Positions 1-11,522 of a stretch of 64,000 nt of DNA are shown here, in pieces. Both the position numbers and the translations under genes were made by a program. This DNA is from a virus (lineage: Duplodnaviria > Caudoviricetes), in the IMG/VR virus record IMGVR_UViG_3300037484_000435, positions 1-64,000 of that record; one strand, written 5' to 3'. The notes beneath the pieces were generated by a model that was given only the letters and a program-made list of their open reading frames with translations, searched no databases and was not told the origin of the DNA. Each line of letters starts with the position of its first letter. The stretch's first letter is position 1.

Positions 1-28
1 TGTGTTTGAAAAAGGAAAGGATTAGAAA

Positions 29-919
29 ATGAAAAAGCCGGTTTTGTTGTTTGTCGCGTTTATTCTCGCAATAGCGTGCGTCGTAAATGCAGGAGGGCCA
101 ATACACAAAGTATTCGTTCCCCCGCCTCCTCCCCCAATATGTATTGCTCCCCCTCCCCCACCCCCTATGCCCTTAGTGACGATCCCCAGAATGAAGGCTG
201 TTGTTGGTCTTACGGTTTATATGACCGATTATAAGGCCATCCTGAGACAACCGGGATTTGCAGATTTTAACTTTGGCGAGAGTTTTGGGTGGGGCACGAA
301 GGAAGCCTCTACTGAACTATCAATAGGTGCTGTTATCCCCACTATAGCGGACGCTAGTTTCACTTGGGTAACCCCCATAGAGCGATCAGGGTCAGGCATT
401 CCCTTGGTCCCTCTCACAGTAGGTGGTTACACGTTTGGGCCTAGGCTGGGTGACACAATCGCTATGAAGACTAAACTGTCAGGTGAGCGGTTCATGCTAT
501 CTACTCCAGCCATCTTTAAGAGTAGGTTTGCTATGCCCGCCATTATGGGTGAATGGTGGCATTTACAGGCTAACGTAAACGGAGCACCCAATACCGCGAC
601 AACCTCGCAGGCTCCTATTGACGCTAGACAGAATTTCAACAAGTTGATATTCGGTATGGGCATTGTAGGAGAAACGGTCCAGAGACCCCTTAGGATTGGC
701 TACAAAGCGTTGTACACCATGGGAGGACATACCTCTGGTTTTCTCGCTGAGGCTGAGCTGGGTTGGAAACAGGACAATATGTCAGCATCTTTGGGTTACC
801 GTTATAGTGTGAGAACAGTCACCTTTGGTGCCACAGGAATACCTGGGATTAACTCGGGCCCTGGAGACTTACACATTGACACCAATGGAGCTTTTGCTCG
901 GTTGGAATTGCTCCTCTAA
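29..919 (+). CDS. Secreted Pro-rich protein with a probable C-terminal outer-membrane beta-barrel-like domain
   Basis: Signal peptide (MKKPVLLFVAFILAIACVVNA), two poly-Pro runs, and alternating hydrophobic/aromatic strands in the C-terminal half (GFLAEAELGWK, ASLGYRYS, GAFARLELLL). Confidence 0.45.
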   Translation: MKKPVLLFVAFILAIACVVNAGGPIHKVFVPPPPPPICIAPPPPPPMPLVTIPRMKAVVGLTVYMTDYKAILRQPGFADFNFGESFGWGTKEASTELSIGAVIPTIADASFTWVTPIERSGSGIPLVPLTVGGYTFGPRLGDTIAMKTKLSGERFMLSTPAIFKSRFAMPAIMGEWWHLQANVNGAPNTATTSQAPIDARQNFNKLIFGMGIVGETVQRPLRIGYKALYTMGGHTSGFLAEAELGWKQDNMSASLGYRYSVRTVTFGATGIPGINSGPGDLHIDTNGAFARLELLL

Positions 920-1051
920 TATGACGTTGACAACGCCCCGTTACCTAGGTGGCGGGGCACAAAGAACACAGAAACCCTGCTGTTGGCAGACTGGATTAGA
1001 AACTGAACCAACCATCTGCCTGTTGTAGCACGTTAAATAGGAGGTGCAAAA

Positions 1052-1198
1052 ATGAGCTTATTATTAATTTTATTGCTACTCATCTTACTTTTGGGTGGCG
1101 GTGGCTTCATGTACGGGGTAAGTGGTAGTACAATTCTGCTGATCGTCGTGATAATCCTCATATTTGGGGGTGGTGGCTTTTATTACCGAGGGAGATAG
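1052..1198 (+). CDS. Small membrane protein (DUF3309-like), 48 aa
   Basis: Not in the ORF track. RBS AGGAGG upstream; translates MSLLLILLLLILLLGGGGFMYGVSGSTILLIVVIILIFGGGGFYYRGR, two hydrophobic segments each ending GGGGF. Confidence 0.6.
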   Translation: MSLLLILLLLILLLGGGGFMYGVSGSTILLIVVIILIFGGGGFYYRGR

Positions 1199-1220
1199 AA
1201 CCTTACAGGTAACATTGCCA

Positions 1221-1278
1221 CGGGGAGTAACTAGGACAGTGAGGGTCATGACCTCGGGGGTTCGAGTCCCTCTGCCCC
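1221..1278 (+). pseudogene. Degenerate tRNA-Met(CAT)-like remnant
   Basis: GAGG-GTCATGA-CCTC anticodon-like hairpin followed by a GGGGG-TTCGAGT-CCCTC T-arm; D-arm and variable region defective, acceptor pairs only with a bulge. Confidence 0.3.
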
Positions 1279-1478
1279 CCCCCCCTAAATTAAGAAAGGA
1301 CTGTCATGAATATCTTTGGAGTCATCTTTGTTGTTTTGTTTATACTACAAAACACAGGCGTTTACATGAGTTCGGGTATTATCCTATTTTTGCTCTTTAC
1401 ACTGTGGATAGTATGGGGAACCATAAAACTTATTACTAGAATTGCTTTAGCAAATAACTAACGAAAGGAAAAATAGTA

Positions 1479-2219
1479 ATGGCTGATGATACGACCACAT
1501 TTGATGATATCGCAAATATCGCAATTGAACTCACTGAAGAGGCAAAAAAACCCTTAACTGAGGTTATTTACAAAGATGGGGATTTAATCCATCTATCTCC
1601 ATTTAAGCTTCAAATAACAGAATGGAATCCACGACAACGCACAGATATCCGAGAAGACGAAAAGTCGGCTATGGGTGTACTATTGGGAGCTATAATGCGT
1701 TTCCGCAGAGTATTGGTTCCTGTCATCATTGACGATTGTGGAAATCTAATAGAAGGAAATCGCAGAGTAGCAGCTACCCAATGGCTGATGAATACAGGAT
1801 TACTTCCCAAAGACTTTACCCTCCCCTGTCACGTAGTTAAGATTGAGGGCCACCCTTCAGGAGAATTATTTGCCTACATCAACAGGGCCCGCCAGCAAAT
1901 CAATGGGTCAGTACTCCTTGAAATTTATGACAGGAATCAGGATGCTGTGGTTGACGAGAAAAAAGCCGAGGCTAATTACTTTCTCACAATTATGGGCGGA
2001 ACAGAGAAGCTACGTGAGTTTGTTAAGGCTGGCGGAAAGGCTTCTAACCGTAAGGCAATTGAGACAGTGGCAACTTTTACTGGTTTGAATGCTTACACTG
2101 TGGGTATGTGGCTTGTAAGAAAGGGATTGGCCTACCGATACAAGAAACTGCTTAAAGCGTATGAGTACAACCAGAAGACTTTAATTTACCTAATAAAGAA
2201 TAACAAATACCCTAAATAG
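1479..2219 (+). CDS. ParB/Srx-like N-terminal domain protein
   Basis: PVIIDDCGNLIEGNRRVAA resembles the ParB box (I.V.....IIDG.RR..A). Confidence 0.6.
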   Translation: MADDTTTFDDIANIAIELTEEAKKPLTEVIYKDGDLIHLSPFKLQITEWNPRQRTDIREDEKSAMGVLLGAIMRFRRVLVPVIIDDCGNLIEGNRRVAATQWLMNTGLLPKDFTLPCHVVKIEGHPSGELFAYINRARQQINGSVLLEIYDRNQDAVVDEKKAEANYFLTIMGGTEKLREFVKAGGKASNRKAIETVATFTGLNAYTVGMWLVRKGLAYRYKKLLKAYEYNQKTLIYLIKNNKYPK

Positions 2220-2231
2220 GGAAAAGGAGGA

Positions 2232-2582
2232 ATGATGAAGAAATTTATTATCGGAATTTTGATGTTGGCTCTTATAGGGCTGTTGATGAGCAACGTTTAC
2301 GCTGGCCCTAGGCACACCAAGAAACACATCAGAGTTATCACACAGGAACAACCTGTGCAATACGTGCCTGTTAATAGGTATGTTGGTGAAGCACAGATAC
2401 CCACAGTGAGAACAGTAACATGGTCATGGACAAATGAGTGCCCTTACCATAAAACTGTAGTTTGTGCTCAGCCTGCCCCTGTTATGCTTTGTACAGCCCC
2501 GCGAGAGCCTCACTGTATACGATGCCTACGAAGGATAATTACTTGTCCTTTTAGGCTTGTGGAAAAGATTCTGTTTGACTAG
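2232..2582 (+). CDS. Secreted Cys-containing hypothetical protein
   Basis: Strong RBS AGGAGG and a signal peptide (MMKKFIIGILMLALIGLLMSNVYA). Confidence 0.6.
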   Translation: MMKKFIIGILMLALIGLLMSNVYAGPRHTKKHIRVITQEQPVQYVPVNRYVGEAQIPTVRTVTWSWTNECPYHKTVVCAQPAPVMLCTAPREPHCIRCLRRIITCPFRLVEKILFD

Positions 2583-2616
2583 TCTGAATGGCCCCACATA
2601 AGGGGCCTATCACCGC

Positions 2617-2706
2617 GGAGGGTTACCCAAGCTGGCCATACGGGGCCTGACTGCTAATCAGTGCGGTGTTAAAGCCACGTGGGTTCAAATCCCACACCCT
2701 CCGCCA
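2617..2706 (+). tRNA. trnS: tRNA-Ser(GCT)
   Basis: Acceptor GGAGGGT/ACCCTCC, anticodon loop CTGCTAA, long variable arm, TTCAAAT T-loop, G73 and CCA. Confidence 0.95.
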
Positions 2707-2729
2707 ACAAAACAAGAAAGAGAAAAATA

Positions 2730-3455
2730 ATGAATCAACATGAGTTTGGTAGAATACTCTCAGATGTTGATATGTTCCTCCGAGAAAAGTGGTTAAAAGA
2801 CCGTTGGTACAAATTCTGTGAGCAACACGAGATGACAACGACTTGGGCTACTGGTGTGTACTATTTGATGCAGAAATTCTATCAACTACCTGAGGGTTTG
2901 AGGCATTATCATACTTGGTGTGGGCACATCTACGATTGCTTAAAAGAACTAGACGAGTATCGTCTACATAACCCTGCGGGAGATGACACCTATTGGTTTG
3001 AGTTGGAGTATAGTTTAGTGATGCATGATATTTTCTACATTGCAGGTATTAGTGCGAATGAGAGTAAAAGTGGTGCACTTGCTAACCTGTTGTTATTCGG
3101 GACCAAGATGTCTGACTCTGCGGCATTGTGTGGGGCCATTATCAATGATACTGCCATGGCGTTGCCCCCCAACAACTACACCACGTTCCCAATATCCCGC
3201 GTAGTCTGTGATATTGATTTAGTCGGATTAGGAAAAAGTTATGAAGAATTTCTACATAACGGAGAACTAGTAAGGAAAGAATTCCACTTTGCTTCTGATG
3301 AAGACTTCGATAAAGGTAGGAAGGATTTCTTTGAAAACCTCTACGCCAGAGGTTATGTCTATAGACTGCCTTACTTCAAAGAGCTTTACGAAGACCAAGC
3401 CCGAGAAAATATAATGCTCTACATTTCTAACGGGAGACTTGTTCCAAATAAATGA
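2730..3455 (+). CDS. HD-superfamily metal-dependent phosphohydrolase (COG4339-like)
   Basis: RHYHTW..HI, MHDIFY, NESKS, CDIDL..LG, VRKE, GRKDF, QARENI pattern; likely start 2730 (the longer ORF overlaps the tRNA). Confidence 0.8.
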   Translation: MNQHEFGRILSDVDMFLREKWLKDRWYKFCEQHEMTTTWATGVYYLMQKFYQLPEGLRHYHTWCGHIYDCLKELDEYRLHNPAGDDTYWFELEYSLVMHDIFYIAGISANESKSGALANLLLFGTKMSDSAALCGAIINDTAMALPPNNYTTFPISRVVCDIDLVGLGKSYEEFLHNGELVRKEFHFASDEDFDKGRKDFFENLYARGYVYRLPYFKELYEDQARENIMLYISNGRLVPNK

Positions 3456-3934
3456 AAATCCATAAACAACTACATCCTATACATGACTGCGACTTCTTAT
3501 TGCAATTCTATCGCAACGGTAGATGGGGCGATTGTTCAGATTGTCCCCACGACAACTTAGGACACGCCTATCCAGAGTTCTGTGTAAATACCAATAGGTA
3601 TGACCACTTATTGAACACGGATGACCTTGTCTTCCACTATAATGCGATCAGTAGAGAAGATAAAGATCGTCCCAACTATTTGGTTGAGTGGCAGGGCCTC
3701 TTTAATTTGGTGGCCGAAGTAATTCCTTTGGTTGATATAAAAACAGACATAGACATGAGGAAAGTTTATCGGTCTGTTAATCTTACTCAATTACCTGTTG
3801 ATTGGGATAATTACGATAGTCATCCTTTAGCAAAAAATTATTTTCTTGTCTCCGCAACCAGTCCCGATGATGCGTCCACACAAGTTTATCGTGTTACGGG
3901 AGTCTTAATAGAGGAAAATGATGCGCGCTGTTAA
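3452..3934 (+). CDS. Hypothetical protein
   Basis: ATGA overlap with the upstream stop codon; no recognised motif. Confidence 0.55.
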   Translation: MKIHKQLHPIHDCDFLLQFYRNGRWGDCSDCPHDNLGHAYPEFCVNTNRYDHLLNTDDLVFHYNAISREDKDRPNYLVEWQGLFNLVAEVIPLVDIKTDIDMRKVYRSVNLTQLPVDWDNYDSHPLAKNYFLVSATSPDDASTQVYRVTGVLIEENDARC

Positions 3935-4332
3935 TTTCGTATGTCGTCATTGGAGAATAATTGATGAGTGAAAAACAAATTAGAGGTTGGGATTACCTCC
4001 AAGAACAAGAACAGTGGCAACACCTAGGAACGGTGAGCAAGAAAGATGTAGATGGTTGGCCTAAACTCCTTCAATGGGTAATAGATATGATTAACCTGCC
4101 TCGAAGTAGGCACACTTTCTACGCTAACCCCTTTTACAAAGAGCCTAAGTGATGCAAAAAGAAATTAGAGGGTGGGACTATTTAGAAGAGCGAAGAAAAG
4201 AGGAAGAGTGGCAAATGTACCTAGCGGGTAGGAGACTTGCTGAATTCTTAGAAGCCTACAAGAGTTATATGCTTAATCTCTGGGGTCTTCCGCCAGAATT
4301 AGTAACATACCTAACACCAGAAAGGAAACCAG

Positions 4333-5376
4333 ATGAGACTGGAAGAAATTGGATTTTACACGCTCAGCGATCGGAGAGCATCAACGGCAAACGAATTCTC
4401 CGAGCTCGCCCGTTGCGAGATCGTCCTCACTGACCGCTGTAACTTTTCTTGCCCTTACTGTCGTGGGCTCAGAGAAGATATACGCGGGGATATGCCCTTT
4501 GAGTTCGCCTCCTATATTTTAAACGGGTGGTGTGCGCATGGGTTAAAGAATGTGCGTTTTTCTGGTGGGGAACCCATGCTGTATAAACAACTTCCTAAAC
4601 TAGTAGAATTGTGTGCAAAGAGAGGGGTGGAACGTATTGCCGTCTCTACTAACGGGTCTCTACCCCCGTCCCTGTATTCTAGACTTATAGACGCAGGTGT
4701 AAGTGATTTTTCTGTTTCTTTTGACGCTTGTTGTTCCAGCACAGGGGCAACAATGTCGGGAAGAGACGAAGAAACATGGTACCGAGTGGTAGATTGTATA
4801 GAATACCTAGCGTCACAAGTATACACAACAGTAGGTGTAGTATTGACCAAGGAAAACTTGCCAGAACTCGACACCATTGTACAGTTGGCCGATACGCTAG
4901 GAGTAGCGGATATCAGAATAATTCCCGCCGCCCAATATTCCCGAGAATTGAGAAAGGTCCGTCTGGACAACGCTTTGTTGGAAAAATACCCCATACTGGA
5001 TTATCGCATCAAAAATGTACTGGCGGGGAAGCCTGTTCGTGGTCTAAGCAAAGAGGATAATAAGAAGTGCCCGTTGGTACTTGATGATATGGCTGTAGCA
5101 GGCCACTATCACTTTCCGTGTATTATTTACATGCGAGAACAGGGAAATCCAATAGGCCAAGCTGGCGTAGATATGGGTGCGGTAAGAGAATCGAGAGCCC
5201 GATGGTACCAAACCCACGATTGCTACGCGGACCCCATATGTTCCAAAAATTGTCTGGATGTTTGTGTTGATTACAATAATCGTTGGGCCAGCTACGGTGA
5301 TGAGACCCAACATGAAGAGAATCTCCTTAATCAATTAGGAATTTCAATAGAAGGGATAAACAAATGTGTGAATTAG
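4333..5376 (+). CDS. Radical SAM protein (MoaA-like N-terminal fold) with Cys-rich C-terminus
   Basis: CNFSCPYC (CxxxCxxC), FSGGEP, AVSTNGS; extra Cys cluster near the C-terminus. Confidence 0.9.
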   Translation: MRLEEIGFYTLSDRRASTANEFSELARCEIVLTDRCNFSCPYCRGLREDIRGDMPFEFASYILNGWCAHGLKNVRFSGGEPMLYKQLPKLVELCAKRGVERIAVSTNGSLPPSLYSRLIDAGVSDFSVSFDACCSSTGATMSGRDEETWYRVVDCIEYLASQVYTTVGVVLTKENLPELDTIVQLADTLGVADIRIIPAAQYSRELRKVRLDNALLEKYPILDYRIKNVLAGKPVRGLSKEDNKKCPLVLDDMAVAGHYHFPCIIYMREQGNPIGQAGVDMGAVRESRARWYQTHDCYADPICSKNCLDVCVDYNNRWASYGDETQHEENLLNQLGISIEGINKCVN

Positions 5377-6185
5377 TTGTTCAAACCACAGATAACTTGT
5401 GGAAACTTTACAAGGACTATGTTGGCAGTGCTCGCAGAAAATACGGTGAGGTGGTGAGAGAGACCTTTGATGTGGCTTTGGCCCCGTTAGGTTACAGGCG
5501 TTTGCGTCATCACGACGATAGTGGCTCGCTGACCGTTACTTACGCAAAGGGAACCGCTACTCTCATCGTCTATTACATCGGTGAAGGTTTTATACACGGG
5601 TCGTTGTACCTAGCGGGGGCGGAAGGTAAAGAAACTGATGTGGGGCTTTGGTCGGGTAAAGATAAACCAGACCCCCTATCCGTTGATGATTTTGTTGCCA
5701 TATTGGTTGAAAAGGAAAAGGAGTTTAATTTATAATATGTCGCGCAATCGGTTTTATGCAACTATCGAATTAAGTTTTGAGGCTTGGAACATTGGTAATG
5801 CAAAAGAAACTTTAAGAGAACTTCTTTGTGGATATGATGTAGACTCAATAGACCTACGCTCAAACTCACCCAGTGGCCATGGGTTTCAAGATGAGGGGAG
5901 TTTTACTCCCGAGGAATTGGCGGAAATATAAAAGGAGAGATTATGAAATTATACCGAGTAACACTGAGGGGCATGACTCACACCTCAGGAAGCGGGACTA
6001 CACACGGGGATACTTACGTGGTAGCTAAAGACGCAGAGGAAGCATACCGAAAGGTAAAAGATTATCTGGATGACAAAAATTTTGGATTCTCTTACGAGAG
6101 AGAACTGGATACTATAAAACTATTGGCGGAATCAGATAAAGATTATCCCACCTGTGGCAAACGCCTATTCTTGTAGGAGTGCAAG

Positions 6186-7610
6186 ATGGACATAAAGAGT
6201 TGGATACCAAATAGAATTGTGTGTTTTCAGTTATCTGGCTCACGTCTATACAAGACACACACAGATGCCAGTGACTACGACTACAAAGGGGCATGTATTC
6301 CTCCGTTAAGTTACTTTATGGGGCTGGACCGTTTTGAACAGTCCGACAGTAAAGAGACGGTGGAATTCATAAAGCCTTATTTGGGGGACTACCCGCCCGA
6401 TGATGATGTGGTAATCTACAATTTATCCAAGATGATATCTTTGTGTGCGGACGGGAATCCGAATATGATTGAGTTGATGTTTGCCCCAGAGGAATCAATC
6501 ATATACAAACATCCACTTATGGATAGGTTCTACGCAATCAAAGATGCCTTTCTTAGTAAACTGTTGAAGCACCGTTTCAGTGGTTACGCTATGTCACAGA
6601 TGAAAAAGATGCGTAATCACAAGCATTGGTTAGATTATCCCCCTAAACCCCCCACCAGAGCAGACTTTGGTATAGAGGGTATAACTTTGCCCAAAGACCA
6701 AATCTTTGCTGTGAACAAGTTGATAGAACTACAAGTGGAGGAGTGGCTAGTAGACCAAACCCATCTACCAGAGGACATCAAGATACAGTTGGGGCCACAG
6801 ACCATCAGAATGATAAATGTGGTTCTGGACCAACTCCAACTTGAAATTCAAATCAGTTCCCTACATGATGTACTTGAAAGGGCTGCAAATAGGCATCTGG
6901 GCTTTGATTCGGACTTCTTGAATTTTCTTCAGCGGTACAAAGCCTACAAAAATGCCCAAGCGGAATACAAGTCCTACGAGCATTGGCTCACACGTAGAAA
7001 TCCTGAACGATTAGCCTTAGAAATGAAGTGTGGCTATGACAGCAAAGACGCGTACTCGCTTCTTAGACTCCTCCGCATGTGCCGTGAAATTCTAGAAACA
7101 GGCAAGGTAAATGTAAGTCGAGAAGGAATCGATGCTGATGAGTTACGCGATCTACGCCACAACGGTAGCTGGAAGTACGAAGATTTGATTAGTTGGGCCG
7201 AAGCTGAGGATAAGGCACTCGACGTGGCTATGCAGGTATCTACCCTTCCTAAATCACCTAACAGGAAGCTCATCGGAGACACGCTTACGGAAGTTACATT
7301 TGAGTATCTAAGCAACAGCCCTGTAGTATATGCTGTTCCCGAGAATATCATAGAGAAGCCTACAGCTGTTGTTACTCCTGTAGCTACTCGAATGATATAT
7401 GTAGCAGAAGATGAGTTTGGTAAGTTGCAAGAGTCTCTGTGTTTAGATGGTTGGGAACGCACTTCGGAGCCGGATTTTAACTTCTACCAAGATGTTATGG
7501 ATGGTGGTGGAGGACCCGACCAAGATGTTGTGTTTTCAAAAGGGGGTAAGAGCATGATTATCACAACGGACCACACACTCCGTGCCGTGAAAGAGATAAA
7601 GAAGGGCTAA
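6186..7610 (+). CDS. DNA-polymerase-beta-superfamily nucleotidyltransferase (PF10127/RlaP-like)
   Basis: GSRLY.T....SDYDYKG motif, GNPNMIELMF, YD.K...LLRLL.M..EIL.TG, L..LR.G helical region. Confidence 0.85.
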   Translation: MDIKSWIPNRIVCFQLSGSRLYKTHTDASDYDYKGACIPPLSYFMGLDRFEQSDSKETVEFIKPYLGDYPPDDDVVIYNLSKMISLCADGNPNMIELMFAPEESIIYKHPLMDRFYAIKDAFLSKLLKHRFSGYAMSQMKKMRNHKHWLDYPPKPPTRADFGIEGITLPKDQIFAVNKLIELQVEEWLVDQTHLPEDIKIQLGPQTIRMINVVLDQLQLEIQISSLHDVLERAANRHLGFDSDFLNFLQRYKAYKNAQAEYKSYEHWLTRRNPERLALEMKCGYDSKDAYSLLRLLRMCREILETGKVNVSREGIDADELRDLRHNGSWKYEDLISWAEAEDKALDVAMQVSTLPKSPNRKLIGDTLTEVTFEYLSNSPVVYAVPENIIEKPTAVVTPVATRMIYVAEDEFGKLQESLCLDGWERTSEPDFNFYQDVMDGGGGPDQDVVFSKGGKSMIITTDHTLRAVKEIKKG

Positions 7611-7611
7611 A

Positions 7612-9764
7612 GTGAAAAAACTGATTTGTGATAAATGCTCAAACGATACCTTCCGCTTTGTGAGGTGGCTATCTATCATGGACTCATATGGCAGACCCAT
7701 TAGTTGGGCGTATGTGTGCCGAAATTGCGGGGCCAAGTATTTTGAAGACTTTTGTGTGGAACCAACTGACTCAGGGGTTGTCCTATTTGAGTGTGGAGAA
7801 GTAATGTCAGAAGCAATATTTGGGGTTCCCGAACCCTGTGATACGTGTGCTTACAGAGATGAAAGAGCTGACCCCACCTACTGCACCAAAGGACTTACAC
7901 AGTGGTGGGGTAACATCCATTGTCCAGAGTATATGGACTGGGAATTTCGAGGTTATGAAGACTTCGATATGTGAGAACTAGATTACAAAGCGGGATAAAT
8001 ATGGAACCTGTAATTGTAACATCACTTGGGGGACCAATTGGATTTTTCTTCCTTTTAGTCCTTAGCCCAATTATAAGTATAATAGTCGTAGCAACGATTT
8101 TAGGTCTTATTGTTGGAATTTGTAAAATATCGAATTCAATACGCGAGAAGAGAGGTTAAAATGGTTTGGGGAGGCGGAGACGAGTATAGTTATGATGTGG
8201 TTAGTTCTAGTCGATTACCAAGCAAGTTTGCAATACGTGGTAGAATTTCCGAGGAGAGACGAGAGCTAAAGAGGCTCTCAAAAGTTCTACCTATCGACAT
8301 CATTCAGTCTGCAGAGAAGGAGCTGTCGGATCTCTATGAGAAGAATGAGACCTTTGACGTAGATTATCCTATTGAGCTTTGGGGTAATATGACGAGAGCT
8401 ATCTACGCTATAACGAACCCACTCAGGGAGATGGAGAAATGTATGAAGATTGAGCATTCCCTCTTCTGTGAGTAAAAGGAGATATATGAATGTGTATGTC
8501 AAGACCTGAATACGGATACTGTCACAAATGTCAAGCATGGGACGGGTACTATCAAACTGAAAGGGCGGAGTGCAGGCGTCATCCACCTACTCTCAAAAAT
8601 GAGGATGATTCTTCCTCCCTGCCTTTCACTTGTCCAATAACGAGTGGATACCAAGGCTGTTGGGACTATATATTGAGAGAGGAATAGAAATGTCAATAAC
8701 GATGGAAAATGTGAAAGAGCCCGCACCATTCCGTCCAATGTGGTAAGGAGACCAGCATGAGCACTCGAAAAGTAATTAAACAGCCTACAGGTAAAACACA
8801 AGATAGGCGGGATGGACAAGTGTTTCTTCAGTGCCCTTCCTGTGATTCAAAGGGCCGTTTCTCTGAAATTCCGACAAAAGAACCACAGAAACGCTTTTAC
8901 CATTGCCAACACTGTGATGATGTGGTAGAAGTAGGGTGACACAAGAAAAGTAGGCCACCAGAAGCGACGTGGTGTGATATGTATTACGTATCCACTACCG
9001 CAGACATTATTGCTTGGGGTGTTTCTGCTGAAATAATCGCTTGGAAGGAAGCCGACGACCGAAGAAAGAAAGGTGCATTTACCTCTTTCCTAGAACAGTT
9101 GGTGAGGAAAGGAAACAAATGAAATGAGTTATTGCCGATGGTCTAGTGATGATTTTCAGTGTGACCTCTATGTATATGAGCATGTCGATGGTTACTATGT
9201 TACATGGGTAGCTCCCTCACGGTACGCCTTTAAAGAGCCACTGCCCGACCCAGTCCCGTGGAAGGATGACGGGTGGGTAGCAAGAGAAAATAAAGTGGAC
9301 GAGATGGTGGAAGCTGCGGACCTAGTTCCAACTGGTGGTCCACATGATGGGGAAGAGTTTCATGATAAATCCCTACCTGAACTGAAGGAAAGGTTACTAA
9401 CTCTGCGTGAGATGGGCTACAAATTCCCTAACTATGCACTTGAAAGGATTGACCATGAAATAGCAGAAACGACTAAAAAAAATAGGAAAGGAAATAAATG
9501 AAAGTAATCCCCTACATTTTAATCATTCTACTGTTATGTTGTACTTGTGGGTGTAACGTAGGTCCTCCTCAGACAGTTGAGGGCGTTGTTACAGGTATAG
9601 AATATATACCACAACCCAGTGGTGTTCCTAACGTGATGGTTTTGCGGTTTGAGGACGGACGTGTAATTCTACACTCTGGGTGGTTGAGTGGTATGGTTAT
9701 AGGAAAGAACTATCGTTTTACACTCAGTGCTGGTTATTGGTATAGTTTTGAGGAAATAAAATAA
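7612..9764 (+). other. Cluster of short hypothetical phage ORFs (several Zn-ribbon-like, one lipoprotein-like at 9498-9764)
   Basis: Abutting + strand ORFs with RBSs and CxxC pairs (e.g. 7612-7974, 8490-8687, 8757-8939, 9124-9501). Confidence 0.5.
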
Positions 9765-9765
9765 C

Positions 9766-9850
9766 GGAGGGCTGTCAGAGAGGCCAATTGAGCACGTCTC
9801 GAACACGTTGCGTCGTAAGACACAAAGGTTCAAATCCTTTGCCCTCCGCA
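9766..9850 (+). tRNA. trnS: tRNA-Ser(CGA)
   Basis: Acceptor GGAGGGC/GCCCTCC, loop CTCGAAC, long variable arm, TTCAAAT; no encoded CCA. Confidence 0.9.
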
Positions 9851-9857
9851 AAAATAA

Positions 9858-9897
9858 CTTACCTTCTTTACTATATAAAATATAGTTGGGGGGTGAG
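9858..9897 (+). promoter_or_regulatory. RBS-sequestering hairpin upstream of HNH gene 1
   Basis: CTTACCTTCT (9858-9867) pairs with GGGGGGTGAG (9888-9897), with an inner CTATAT/ATATAG stem; ATG at 9902. Confidence 0.55.
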
Positions 9898-9901
9898 AGG
9901 T

Positions 9902-10519
9902 ATGAATCGATATGAAAAGATGCGGCAAAAAGCTCTATCTGCCTATTATACGGATCCCACAAGGTGTAAGGAATGCGGTAGTATAATCTTGGTACAAGAC
10001 CACGAGCAACCTACAGTGGCACGTAACAAAAAATTCTGTGGCAAATCCTGTGCAGCAAAGTTCAATAATAAAAGGTATCCAAAGAGAAAGCCAAAGCCAA
10101 AAGAATGTAGTAAATGTGGCAAGTTGATAGTTTCCCGAGGCGCTTGTTGTGAACCTTGTAAAAATTTTATTGCGAGGGAGAGTTTAGGGTCTAGGACTAA
10201 AGGGGAGTTAAAAAGAGAGAATTTGTATACATATAAATCTAGAATTGCTGCACACGCGAGAGTAAAGTATTTGGCACACAGAGACGCAAGCAGTTGCATT
10301 ATATGTGGCTACTCAAAACACATTCAAATTTGTCATATAAAATCGATTGCGTCCTTTGATGACACAACCCTCGTTAAGGATATAAATAGCTTGACAAATC
10401 TTATTCATTTATGTAGCAATCACCACATAGAATTAGATCGTGGACTCTTGTCAGAAGAAGATTTTGAAAGACTACATATAGTTGTTCGAAAGGAAACAAA
10501 ATGTCAGAAATACTTCTAG
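9902..10519 (+). CDS. Zn-finger HNH endonuclease, paralog 1 (tRNA-adjacent)
   Basis: YYTDPTRCKECG...KKFCGKSCAAKFNN at the N-terminus; CIICGY...CHIK...NLIHLCSNHH.ELD HNH core. Confidence 0.85.
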   Translation: MNRYEKMRQKALSAYYTDPTRCKECGSIILVQDHEQPTVARNKKFCGKSCAAKFNNKRYPKRKPKPKECSKCGKLIVSRGACCEPCKNFIARESLGSRTKGELKRENLYTYKSRIAAHARVKYLAHRDASSCIICGYSKHIQICHIKSIASFDDTTLVKDINSLTNLIHLCSNHHIELDRGLLSEEDFERLHIVVRKETKCQKYF

Positions 10520-11437
10520 CTATTAAAGCCGTTGAAGATGCCCTAGAATCTATTGGTATTTTTCCCCAGTCCGTAACAAAGAACTACGGAACTGACAAAG
10601 AGGAAACGACACCTAGAACCACGTGGCAAGACGGCTGGAACGCTTGCATTCTGGAGCACATTGAAAAAATATATAACCAACTGGAGGAGTTGAAAAAAGA
10701 AGTAAATGAAGATTTTGCTTTACTATCTCTAATTGACGCTGGTTGGGTGAGCGGGGATGAATTTGTTCTGAATATGAACGATACATTCCATTACGCTTGT
10801 GCTGACGCTGAAAGTGTTACCAAGGAGCAGGCGACAGAAGTTGTTCGCCTGTTTAAAAAACATGGTATGAAGGGTATCGATTATTGGGTCGCCTGCCAGC
10901 GCGGGTACGACCCAGAAATACCGCACTACAAAACAAATGTTGAACAGGTAAGAGCCCTAGAAGGTGGCACACCACCAAAAAAGAAAGAAGGATAAGCCGA
11001 TGATGGAATACAGGATATGTGAAAATGGTCACGATTGGTTGTATAAATGGGGTAAACAGGAGTTCTGTCCTTACTGTGGAAGTGAGGAACTTGGCTACAG
11101 ACAACCAAAGATAGTTGAACCTCATGTGCCTAAGGTGGTGGAAGAACACTGTGAGGAAAGGAAGGAGCAAGAGGAATGCCAACAGCAACCCCTATATGCA
11201 AGCAACTGTGCGTAGAATGTCAACACGTACTCAATAGGAAACAAGTATTCCTATTTTGGACTATGGAGGGGGCCCCATACGAGTGGCGGTGCGCATCTAA
11301 AAAGGTGATCAACTGCAAGAATGGGGGCGTGTCACAAGACGACTGCGGGGATAACTACAGGGGCGATTGTGCTAGGTTTACCCCTATGGATGAAGAAAGG
11401 TATAATCCACGGGAACATATGATACCCTAAGCATTGC

Positions 11438-11522
11438 GGAAGAGTGGCTGAACGGTAAAAGCACGACTTTTGAAAAGTCGCGGTCGAAAGGCCTGGGAGT
11501 TCGAATCTCTCCTCTTCCGCCA
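11438..11522 (+). tRNA. trnS: tRNA-Ser(TGA)
   Basis: Acceptor GGAAGAG/CTCTTCC, CGACT-TTTGAAA-AGTCG, variable arm, TTCGAAT, CCA. Confidence 0.95.

Noticed and set aside
1164-1439. ORFs 1164-1439, 9788-9901 (N-terminal extension), 21241-21456, 45538 start, 61359-61559 and 61967-62215
   Set aside because: They overlap tRNA or structured RNA elements; likely spurious or mis-started.
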